A stretch of 64,000 bases of DNA, taken from positions 37,402 to 101,401 of the forward strand of contig CAYXZO010000001.1 of the NCBI GenBank assembly GCA_964469505.1, in the 5' to 3' direction. The notes below the pieces were generated by a model. It saw only the letters and a list, made by a program, of their open reading frames with translations. It was not told the DNA's origin and did no database searches. The position numbers and the translations under genes were made by a program. Shown here one piece after another: positions 14,607 through 22,766 of the stretch. The DNA is from an uncultured Lentisphaeria bacterium (GTDB lineage: Bacteria > Fidelibacterota > UBA8477 > JABMPR01). Every line of letters starts with the position of its first letter. Position 1 is the first letter of the stretch.

Positions 14607-14822
14607 CGCCTGCCTACTAGCAGTTAATTCAAACGGATCTAACACAACGACAGGCCCAAGATACTTTAACTGAATCGGAGAGAACAATTGTCTATTTCCG
14701 CTGGTCAATCTTGAAAGAAGATACCAGTGCATACACTGTCTGCCTGGCCGAGCCGGAAAAAGCATCTGCAGGCGATCTCCAGCACCAGTTTTACCGGAAA
14801 TATGTCAGACTTTATTTATACC

Positions 14823-15023
14823 CTAATTACGTTGTCTATTTCCCATTTTCTTTCTTAGGACTTGATATATCAGTGCGAAAGTCCCGGCGAAAGCAATCAC
14901 TGAGCTCCAGTTAATCTGTCCCTGCAGGAGATAAGTGACTATCGCCCAACCAGTTGTAGCCACGGCGGTAATAAACACCAGGAACCAGGGCCCCTGCGGG
15001 TCTTTGATGCTTTTCTTATCCAT
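14823..15023 (-). CDS. Small hypothetical membrane protein (66 aa, two predicted TM helices)
   Basis: The ORF lies 20 nt downstream of the cysS stop, co-oriented. It has hydrophobic segments WFLVFITAVATTGWAIVTYLL and VIAFAGTFALIYQVL. No homolog was recognised. Confidence 0.35.
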   Translation of the reverse strand: MDKKSIKDPQGPWFLVFITAVATTGWAIVTYLLQGQINWSSVIAFAGTFALIYQVLRKKMGNRQRN

Positions 15024-15043
15024 TCAAGCGTTACTACCTGCTG

Positions 15044-16453
15044 TCAGCGCTTACGCCACTTGGGCCCTTGAGGTGTGTCCAGCACCTCAATACCCTGTTC
15101 CCTAAGGCGGTCTCTAAGAGCATCTGCTGCGGCGAAATCTTTTCTCTTACGGGCTGCCTCACGCTCTGCCAGCAAGGCTTCAATAGCCGCTACGTCTAGC
15201 TCCTCTTCCCGGACCGGACGTAAATCAAAAACCCCAAACACATGTTCCAATCGCTGCAAATATTCTTTTGCCCGCCGTTTACCTTCCGCGCTCAACGTCC
15301 CCTGGTTGAGGCGCCGGTTAGTTTCCCGGACAAAATCGAACAGCGCCCCCACTCCGGCAGAAATATTCAAATCATCGTCCATTACTTCCTGGAAATGCCC
15401 TTCCAGCTCCGCCACATATTCTCCATCGTCCTCAGCTTGCGAGGGCGGATCATATTCTTTCAGCGTGTCGGCAAAAATCCATAACCGCTCCAGGGTCCGC
15501 CGAGCCTCGTCTGCCGCCTCCAGCCGAAAATTCAATTTCTGGCGATAATGGGTGGTTAGCAGCATCCAGCGAATGACCGCTGGCTCAAGCCCCTTTTCCA
15601 ACAAATCCCGCAACAGATAGAAATTGTTCAGGGATTTACTCATCTTGCGTCCATCAACCAGCAAATACTCGGCGTGCAGCCAGAAATTGACGAATGGTTC
15701 CCCTGTGGCACACTGGCTCTGGGCGATCTCATTCTCGTGGTGTGGAAAAATATTATCCACCCCCCCGCAGTGGATGTCGAAGTGTGGACCTAATAGCTCC
15801 GTGGACATCACCGAACATTCGATATGCCATCCCGGTCGCCCTTTACCCCAGGGCGAATCCCAGGCCACTTCCCCATCCTCCGGTTTCCAGGCCTTCCAGA
15901 GGGCAAAATCTTGAATATCCTCTTTTTCGTACTCGTCGGCAGCTACACGCTCGCCCCGCCGCATGTTAGCCGGGTCCAATCGAGCCAGCTTCCCGTAATC
16001 GGGGAAAGAAGAAATATCGAAATAAACACTACCGTCCTCCGCCCGGTATGCGTGTCCCTTCTCCAACAAAATTTTCACCATTCGCTGCATCTGCGGGATG
16101 TAAGCAGTAGCTTCGGGATAATGATGTGCCGGTTGAATGTTGAGAATCTTCAAATCCTCAAAAAACGCACGCTTGTAAAACCGGGTGAATTCTTCCAGCG
16201 CCTGCCCCTGTTCTCGACTGCCCCGAATGGTCTTATCATCCACATCAGTCAAATTCATGACCTGGGTAACGCGATACCCCCGATACTCCAAATAGCGGCG
16301 CAACAAGTCTTCAAAAATGAAGGTGCGAAAATTCCCGATATGGGCATAGTTGTACACTGTAGGTCCACAGGTGTAAAGCCTTACATGCCCCGGCTCTAAA
16401 GGCTTGAACTCCTCTTTGCGTCGCGTTAGTGTATTATAAAATCGTAAAGCCAT
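15044..16453 (-). CDS. cysS: Cysteinyl-tRNA synthetase
   Basis: 469 aa with HIGH (YAHIGN) and KMSKS motifs and a zinc-binding CGP…C pattern typical of class I CysRS. Confidence 0.95.
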   Translation of the reverse strand: MALRFYNTLTRRKEEFKPLEPGHVRLYTCGPTVYNYAHIGNFRTFIFEDLLRRYLEYRGYRVTQVMNLTDVDDKTIRGSREQGQALEEFTRFYKRAFFEDLKILNIQPAHHYPEATAYIPQMQRMVKILLEKGHAYRAEDGSVYFDISSFPDYGKLARLDPANMRRGERVAADEYEKEDIQDFALWKAWKPEDGEVAWDSPWGKGRPGWHIECSVMSTELLGPHFDIHCGGVDNIFPHHENEIAQSQCATGEPFVNFWLHAEYLLVDGRKMSKSLNNFYLLRDLLEKGLEPAVIRWMLLTTHYRQKLNFRLEAADEARRTLERLWIFADTLKEYDPPSQAEDDGEYVAELEGHFQEVMDDDLNISAGVGALFDFVRETNRRLNQGTLSAEGKRRAKEYLQRLEHVFGVFDLRPVREEELDVAAIEALLAEREAARKRKDFAAADALRDRLREQGIEVLDTPQGPKWRKR

Positions 16454-16456
16454 TAC

Positions 16457-17377
16457 TCAGGTTCTCCTGGTTGAAGAGTACTTCGCCAGGCTTAATTCCA
16501 CCAGCTTTTTCATCAATGCTGGGAAATCCATCCCCGCGGCCCGGGCCGCCATGGGGAACAAACTGGTTTCCGTCATCCCCGGCAGAGTATTGATCTCCAG
16601 CAGCCAGGGTTGCCCTCCCTCGTCCAAACGAAGATCTACCCGGCCGTAAACCTGAACCCCCAGCGCCTCCATGGCCTGGCCCGCCAACTCCTGAATCCGC
16701 TGTGTCAATTTTGGCTCCAGCTCGGCGGGACACTGGTAACGACTCAGGCCTTTGGTGTATTTGGATTGGTAGTCATACAGCTCATGCCCCGGGAAAATTT
16801 CCACGACGGGTAGGGCTTCTCCCCCCAACACCGCCACCGTAAGCTCTCGGCCGGGAATGAATTTTTCGTAAATTAACCGGCGATACTTACCCGAGACCTT
16901 CTCAGCTTTTTTTAGATCCTCCTCCACCCGAATTACCGACAATCCGAGAGTAGATCCCTCATTATCTGGCTTGATTACAAAAGGCAGATTCAATTCCCCC
17001 CTGGCCAGTGCTGTCCCGGGTTCGTGATCGTGCACCTCCCAGGCTGCGGTGGGCAAATTCTCTCTGGCGAAAATAGCCTTGGAAAGGGATTTATGGAATG
17101 CCCGGACACTGGCGGCAGCATCAGCTCCGGTGTATGGAATACCGTACTGTTCCAGAAACGATTGCAGCAATCCATCCTCACTGCGCCGACCGTGAAATCC
17201 CAGTACGAGCAAGTCGTACTTCGATGACCAATGTTCCAGAATGGTGAATTCGTCCTGCAGAATCAAGCGGTGGACCTGGTAGCCGGCCTGTCTCAAGGCT
17301 CGCTCCATAGCCGCTGTGGTTTTCAGCGAAACTTCCGCTTCACCACTGCTGCCACCACCTGCCAATAAAATCTGCAT
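16457..17377 (-). CDS. ddl: D-alanine--D-alanine ligase
   Basis: 306-aa ATP-grasp protein (…HGRRSEDGLLQSFLEQYGIPYTG…, …VDLRLDEGGQPWLLEINTLPGMTETSLFP…). Confidence 0.88.
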   Translation of the reverse strand: MQILLAGGGSSGEAEVSLKTTAAMERALRQAGYQVHRLILQDEFTILEHWSSKYDLLVLGFHGRRSEDGLLQSFLEQYGIPYTGADAAASVRAFHKSLSKAIFARENLPTAAWEVHDHEPGTALARGELNLPFVIKPDNEGSTLGLSVIRVEEDLKKAEKVSGKYRRLIYEKFIPGRELTVAVLGGEALPVVEIFPGHELYDYQSKYTKGLSRYQCPAELEPKLTQRIQELAGQAMEALGVQVYGRVDLRLDEGGQPWLLEINTLPGMTETSLFPMAARAAGMDFPALMKKLVELSLAKYSSTRRT

Positions 17378-17426
17378 TCTGCTGGTCCTTTCTAACTCGC
17401 GACTCTATTAATCAATATAGGGTATT

Positions 17427-19052
17427 TCACAAAAATCTTCCCAGATCTGCCAGCCACCCTCGCGGCCCCTGTCGCATGAAAGAAATCAGTAGCATGCCAC
17501 TGATCAGTAATAAGCTCCCTACTTGTAAGAAGCTCGGGCTGGAGAAAGCCGCTGTGGGGACGTGGACTGATCCATAAAAAAGTTCCGTTACCCCCCCGGC
17601 CATAGCTGCGAATAGCCACATTAGCCCCGCCAATTGTAGTACTTTCTTCCAGCCCCACCGGGCATGAACGTGGTTTAAAAAACGCCATCCACAGGCAGAG
17701 GCTGTGATCAAGAAAGCCATTACGGCCCCTGGCGACCATCCCCAATGGAGCAACACTGCTGCCAGAAAGGTGGCGCCGGCTGCATTCCAGAACAAAGGAA
17801 TGCCCACTAAAGCGCCTAAACCAATCCATAGCCAGGTTGGCAGGCTCTGCGAAACTATTCCCACATCCACTGGTGCCAGCGCCGCCGCCAGAAATACACC
17901 TCCCACTAACCATGGTCCCACATGATCCACCATTTCATGCCAGAGAAAAGGCCAGGTAGACGAACCCGGAGCTATTTCAGCCACTTCCGTTGGAGCTTCA
18001 CTCGCCTTTTTGTCCAGGTATACCCAGCTGCCGCTGACCAGAATCAATGTCACCACTACCAGCACCAACCGCCAGAGAGTCAATCGCCAGCCCAACAATG
18101 GCAGACTCAAGGCAAAAACCTCCGCTCCCACCGCGGGTGTTAATAACGCCGCTTGCATTAGGCGTGGTTTTACCGCAAGCTCGCCGGAGATAAAGCGGCA
18201 CGGACAGGAGGGATAAAAAATGCTACGCAATAGAGCACCCAGCTGCCCCACCGCTCGGCTCGAAGCGGATAAAAACAGCCACACCACCAGGAAAGTTACT
18301 GCAAAACCCACCAATACCGCTGGGGATACTTGTAACGCCGTACGCCACACCAAATCGGCATACGGCGAAGGTTCTTCCAATCCCCCCAGATGGGAAACAG
18401 CAACCAGTAAACCGATTGCGAGTAAAGCCCCCAGGGACTCCAGCGGAGGCACTCGCTTTTGACCATGCTGCCGATGCAATAAAATGTGGAGCAGCGAACC
18501 CGTGACCACCGCTTGAAAAATCAGTAATAGCCCGGCCTGCTGAACCTCCAAAGCCTGGCCTAAGAAGAAATATCCTCCTACGGTGGCTGTGGCCATACAG
18601 CCCAACAGTAACAAAATCCAGCGTAAGGCCAGGAAAGGTCGCAAAGCCCACCACACCAGCAACCCTACCGGGAAACGGTGTAAGACTACCCCCCATGCTA
18701 AATATCTACTTACCACCCCCTTCCCGGGCTCCGCCAAGGCGGCGCCATCGAGCAGGGTGTGAGCTACTATGCCTCCTAGTGCCAGCAATAACACCGCCAG
18801 ATGAGCCTGTCGCCGCACCTGATGGAGCGCATACTCCGCCAATCCCGGAAGCAAAGCGCCCAGCATAATTAACACTAACGCCCAGAGTTTAAGCTCGTGA
18901 AAAACATCAGGCAGCAAATGAAACAGCACCAGGCCGCCCACAGAGAAGAGGATGAAACCATCCAGGAAAGAATTGGCCCCTGGCCGTGTTTGGACCCGAT
19001 CCGCCACCAGCGGTCCCAGGAACAAGGACAGGATGGCGGCCGCCAGCAGCAT
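17427..19052 (-). CDS. Polytopic integral membrane protein of unknown function, possibly a transporter. The N-terminal half has His/Asp/Glu-containing TM motifs reminiscent of metal permeases.
   Basis: 541 aa, extremely hydrophobic with more than 12 predicted TM segments. Motifs include HLLPDVFHEL, VAHTLLDGAALAEP and a CPC in a predicted loop. Its start lies 2 nt after the lgt stop. The family was not confidently recognised. Confidence 0.55.
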   Translation of the reverse strand: MLLAAAILSLFLGPLVADRVQTRPGANSFLDGFILFSVGGLVLFHLLPDVFHELKLWALVLIMLGALLPGLAEYALHQVRRQAHLAVLLLALGGIVAHTLLDGAALAEPGKGVVSRYLAWGVVLHRFPVGLLVWWALRPFLALRWILLLLGCMATATVGGYFFLGQALEVQQAGLLLIFQAVVTGSLLHILLHRQHGQKRVPPLESLGALLAIGLLVAVSHLGGLEEPSPYADLVWRTALQVSPAVLVGFAVTFLVVWLFLSASSRAVGQLGALLRSIFYPSCPCRFISGELAVKPRLMQAALLTPAVGAEVFALSLPLLGWRLTLWRLVLVVVTLILVSGSWVYLDKKASEAPTEVAEIAPGSSTWPFLWHEMVDHVGPWLVGGVFLAAALAPVDVGIVSQSLPTWLWIGLGALVGIPLFWNAAGATFLAAVLLHWGWSPGAVMAFLITASACGWRFLNHVHARWGWKKVLQLAGLMWLFAAMAGGVTELFYGSVHVPTAAFSSPSFLQVGSLLLISGMLLISFMRQGPRGWLADLGRFL

Positions 19053-19053
19053 A

Positions 19054-19905
19054 TTAAGCTCCAGTGGTGACTTGCTTATGGCCTAGATACCAGATCAGTC
19101 CGGCTCCAATCAACATCAGGAAGCACAACACCTGGCCCATGGTGAAATAATTGAACAAAACAAAGCCCAACTGAGGGTCGGGTTGGCGGAAGAATTCAAT
19201 GAAGAATCGTACGAAACCGTAGCCAAAAACATAAGCGCCGGACAGAAAGCCGGGGAAATAATTGCGTTTCCGCAGGTTCCACAGCACGACAAACAGAAAG
19301 ATGCCTTCGAAAAATGCTTCGTAAAGCTGAGACGGATGGCGCAACAATCCATCCCCTGCCAGGGGGAAGTACATCCCGATGGGAGCCGTGGTTACCCGCC
19401 CGTATAATTCTCCGTTGATGAAATTCCCCAAGCGGCCGAAGGTGTAGCCCAGCGGGATTGCCGGGACGAACAAATCAGTTAGCTCAAAAAAGCGCATCCC
19501 ACGTTTACGAACAAAAATAATCCAGGCAACGATGACCCCCAGCACGCCGCCATGGTAAGACATACCGGAAATACCCACAAAACGCCAGTGGCCGCCTATC
19601 TTCGCGAAAGGCATAATAATGCTCAGTGGATGACGCATGAATTCGGAGAAGCCGTAAAACAAAACGTATCCTAACCGGCCGCCAATTATCACTCCCAGCA
19701 CCGCATACATCACCGCGTCGCCCACAAATTCACGTGAATAGGGCAGTTTTTCCTGGGTGATTCGCCGACTAACCAACCAATACACCAGCGTAAAGGCCAC
19801 CAGATACATGGTACCATACCAGCGTAGTGGGAAATTTCCGATGGTGAATATCACCGGGTCCATATGGCTCGGTAAATGTTGCCACCAGTACTTGAAACTG
19901 TTCAT
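19054..19905 (-). CDS. lgt: Prolipoprotein diacylglyceryl transferase
   Basis: 283 aa with the Lgt signature region (…HWRFVGISGMSYHGGVLGVIVAWIIF…) and a conserved FGRLGNFINGELYGR block. Confidence 0.9.
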   Translation of the reverse strand: MNSFKYWWQHLPSHMDPVIFTIGNFPLRWYGTMYLVAFTLVYWLVSRRITQEKLPYSREFVGDAVMYAVLGVIIGGRLGYVLFYGFSEFMRHPLSIIMPFAKIGGHWRFVGISGMSYHGGVLGVIVAWIIFVRKRGMRFFELTDLFVPAIPLGYTFGRLGNFINGELYGRVTTAPIGMYFPLAGDGLLRHPSQLYEAFFEGIFLFVVLWNLRKRNYFPGFLSGAYVFGYGFVRFFIEFFRQPDPQLGFVLFNYFTMGQVLCFLMLIGAGLIWYLGHKQVTTGA

Positions 19906-19989
19906 ATGGGATGGGAAGTTATTTCACGAAAGGGTGGAACCAAGAATTTCTAATATCTGTGTTTCCTGGAATGCGTCACAACGCTGCCG

Positions 19990-20170
19990 CTTTTTGGTAC
20001 GCCAATTATGTAGCACGGCATGCCGTGCCCCTACGAATTAATTGTTATACCACCCAACGGGCGACCGGCCGGTCGGCTCTACCATCACATTCCCCCCCCG
20101 TGCGGCCCGGCCAAACGTTCGTTGTTATCATTCATCACCTGGTTTAAATTCACCACCGTAAATGTAAATC
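19990..20170 (+). pseudogene. Decayed partial copy of the adjacent RAYT gene (HxH-to-mid region), immediately 5' of the intact gene. Contains the REP-like palindrome (imperfect, 20060-20076) and a second 16-bp perfect palindrome, gcacggcatgccgtgc, at 20013-20028.
   Basis: About 105 bp (20059-20165) aligns at roughly 85-90% identity to 20459-20562 inside the RAYT CDS. Conceptual translation reads …ARHAVPLRINCYTTQRATGRSALPSHSPPVRPGQ…, mirroring intact MPNHIHGIVWIVDNVGATGRSPLPSHYPPRGPAK but frameshifted. Confidence 0.45.
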
Positions 20171-20173
20171 GTT

Positions 20174-20827
20174 ATGGGTGAATACGATTCTCACCGTCAC
20201 CACCGGCGGTCAATTCGCCTGAAGGGATACAATTACACCCACCCGGGGGCGTACTTTGTTACCATCTGCACATATGAACATAGCTGTTTGTTTGGCCGGG
20301 TAGTTGATGGAAAAATGCGGTTGAATGGATATGGTGAAATGGTGCGGGATGAATGGTTCCGGTCGGTAAATATCCGGTCGGAAATCGAATTATATCCCGA
20401 TGAATTCGTGGTCATGCCCAACCACATTCACGGCATTGTGTGGATTGTGGACAACGTAGGGGCGACCGGCCGGTCGCCCCTACCATCACATTACCCCCCG
20501 CGCGGCCCGGCCAAACATTCGTTGTCATCATTCATCGCCGGGTTTAAATCCGCCGTCACCAAACGCATCAACCGCCATCGCCATACCCCCGGTGGGGTCG
20601 TCTGGCAACGGAATTATTACGAACATATCATTCGCACCGAATTGGCCTTGAATGCCATCCGGCAATACATTCGGGACAACCCCCTGCGCTGGCATTTAGA
20701 TCAATATAACCCCAACGCCACGGGTAACGATCCAATGCCTGACCACCTGGGGCGCTTGACATCGGACAACAGGCATCCTTACACGAAAACACCGAACCTT
20801 TATCCAGGGGAAGAAACCATGCCGTGA
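20174..20827 (+). mobile_element. REP-associated tyrosine transposase (RAYT) / IS200-like Y1 HUH transposase
   Basis: 217 aa with YFVTICTYEH…, the HUH motif NHIHGIVW and C-terminal GGVVWQRNYYEHIIR carrying the catalytic Tyr, all typical of RAYT/IS200 TnpA. It is the only plus-strand gene here, between divergent host operons. Confidence 0.85.
20461..20478. repeat. Perfect 18-bp palindrome GGCGACCGGCCGGTCGCC (REP-like hairpin) located inside the RAYT coding sequence
   Basis: Read directly from the sequence. An imperfect copy lies at 20060-20076 upstream of the gene. Confidence 0.8.
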
Positions 20828-21070
20828 CCATCGGTAGGGAACACCGTACTGAACAGCTAAAAACTTCCTACATCTCAATAGCAAATCGTAACGGCATACT
20901 ACAAGCAACCGTGCCCCATAGAACGGGATCGCACGTTACACGTATCCGTGGTAGCATTTTTCTCAAAAAAAGAGGGAATAAAAACAAAACACGCCAAACC
21001 GTGGCGCGACAAAACAACAACCTTGTTGCCTCACCTGGCGGGAGCTATAACCCTAACCCTGCCCCTCGGT

Positions 21071-21643
21071 CTATTGATCAGATTTTTGTAAACCGTTTCC
21101 TGCTATCCGGACTATTCCCAGCGCAATGATCACCCCCAAAGCCCCCAGCGCCAGAATCCATTTGGTCGAAGCGTAAAGACTGGCTAACGGTACCACACCA
21201 GGGGACACCACCGGGTAGGTGTGAAGCAAATACAAATGGCAGGCATTCTCCAACATGTCCAGGGCCCCGGCCAGCAAAGGAACCGTTAGCAACCAACGGA
21301 ACCAGGGGCGACCATTCCATTGGAAAGGCCGGGCGGTTTTGTATAACCACGTGGTTAGTAACAACGCATACAGCGCCGCGTACAGGTAATCTAACCCCAG
21401 GGCCCACACCCATTGATGGCGCACCTCAGCTGGCAATTTCGCTAAAACCGCAGCGGCTCGCTCACCGGTGAAGGCGAATTGCAAATCCAGCACTCCCACC
21501 CCCAGTTGTCGCTGCAGTTGCCAGTCACCAAGGTAGAGATAGCCCATCACGGGAATAATCAAAATCCACAGGATCAGATAGGCCCATGGTCGCTCGTCGA
21601 ACCAGCGGGCTACTACCAGACCTAAATTCATTTGCCCCGCCAC
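21071..21643 (-). CDS. Hypothetical membrane protein (190 aa, about 5 TM)
   Basis: Hydrophobic ORF overlapping the stop of the upstream enoyl-CoA hydratase gene by 16 nt. No family was recognised. Confidence 0.55.
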   Translation of the reverse strand: MAGQMNLGLVVARWFDERPWAYLILWILIIPVMGYLYLGDWQLQRQLGVGVLDLQFAFTGERAAAVLAKLPAEVRHQWVWALGLDYLYAALYALLLTTWLYKTARPFQWNGRPWFRWLLTVPLLAGALDMLENACHLYLLHTYPVVSPGVVPLASLYASTKWILALGALGVIIALGIVRIAGNGLQKSDQ

Positions 21644-22416
21644 CGGGGTTTGCGCTTGGCCAGAAAGGCTTCCAGCGCTTCACGGCGATCGGCGGTCTCG
21701 ATAATACCCTGGTAGAACTGACTCTCCATTTCCAGGCCTTTCTCCAACATAGGAGTAATTTCCGCCCGTAGGGCCTTTTTGGCCTGCCGCAGGGCCACCG
21801 GCGCTCCTTGCGCCAGTTCCTCCACCAGTTTCTGGAATTCAGCCTCGAATTCTTCTGGCGGGAAAACCCAGTGGATTACCCCGTCTGCCAGCGCTTCGCG
21901 GGCAGAGAAGCGTCGACCAGAGAGAATCCATTTTCCAGCGCGGGAAAGTCCCAGCTTCCAGCGGCTCAGTTGGGTCCCCCCCGCACCGGGAATCACCGCC
22001 AGTCGTACCTCGGTAAAACCCAGTTGGGCCGTCTCTGAGGCCGCTACCAGATCCGCTGCCAGCACGAATTCCAGGCCGCCCCCCAGCGCCGGTCCCTGGA
22101 CCCCCACCACCACCGGTTGCGGCAGTTTCCACCAGGCGAAAACCATGCGCTGGATGTCCTTCACCACTGTCGCCACTTGATCTTCAGGGATTTGACGCCT
22201 CTCTTTCAAATCCGCACCGGCACAAAACGCTTTGCCCGCAGCCGTCACCGCCACTAACCAGACATTATCGTCAGCCGCCAGCGCCGTGGCCATGCTGGTC
22301 AGCTCCGCCACCATTTGTCGACTCAGGGCATTAACCGGGGGATGATTGAGCCGTACCCAGGCCACATGGTTCTCCAGGCGGTATTCCAGGTTTTGATAAG
22401 AATTCTCGGAGCTCAC
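21628..22416 (-). CDS. Enoyl-CoA hydratase/isomerase (crotonase superfamily)
   Basis: 262 aa with …AAGKAFCAGADLKERR… and …GPALGGGLEFVLAADLVAASE… crotonase signatures. Confidence 0.85.
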   Translation of the reverse strand: MSSENSYQNLEYRLENHVAWVRLNHPPVNALSRQMVAELTSMATALAADDNVWLVAVTAAGKAFCAGADLKERRQIPEDQVATVVKDIQRMVFAWWKLPQPVVVGVQGPALGGGLEFVLAADLVAASETAQLGFTEVRLAVIPGAGGTQLSRWKLGLSRAGKWILSGRRFSAREALADGVIHWVFPPEEFEAEFQKLVEELAQGAPVALRQAKKALRAEITPMLEKGLEMESQFYQGIIETADRREALEAFLAKRKPRWRGK

Positions 22417-22766
22417 GGCATCTCCGGCAATTCTGGAGGTAAGGTGAAATCGTCTGGAACTTCCAGCTCAAGACGCAACATGGCCTGACCGTGGGTTTTG
22501 CCCTGGGCGTCATTGAGCAGGCTCTCGCTGCCACCGCCCCCCAAAGAATCATGGAGAATGAAATTCAACGCCAGCAGATTTGGGAGTTCATAGCGTGTAA
22601 CTTCACCTTTCACCAGGGTGCCGAAATGCGCTTTTACCCGTTCAGGGGTTAATTGAGCCACACCTAACTCATAAGCCTCGGGAGTGTAGAATATTACTCC
22701 CACATTGGAATTGGGACCTTTATCACCAGAGCGGGCATGGGCCAATCGTTCCAGTTTCACCTTCAT
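22413..22766 (-). CDS. Small conserved protein of the type that accompanies AtuA/DUF1446 (DUF4387-like)
   Basis: 117-aa ORF overlapping both neighbours by 4 nt. Its size and position match the DUF1446/DUF4387 gene pair. The family assignment is from memory. Confidence 0.55.
   Translation of the reverse strand: MKVKLERLAHARSGDKGPNSNVGVIFYTPEAYELGVAQLTPERVKAHFGTLVKGEVTRYELPNLLALNFILHDSLGGGGSESLLNDAQGKTHGQAMLRLELEVPDDFTLPPELPEMP

Noticed and set aside
17392-17913. 173-aa minus-strand ORF
   Set aside because: It overlaps the 541-aa membrane-protein gene in another frame. It is Gly/Arg-rich nonsense typical of a shadow ORF.
20824-21129. 101-aa plus-strand ORF downstream of the RAYT
   Set aside because: Low-complexity composition (N/K/R runs). 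It overlaps the 3' end of the convergent membrane-protein gene. No support was found.
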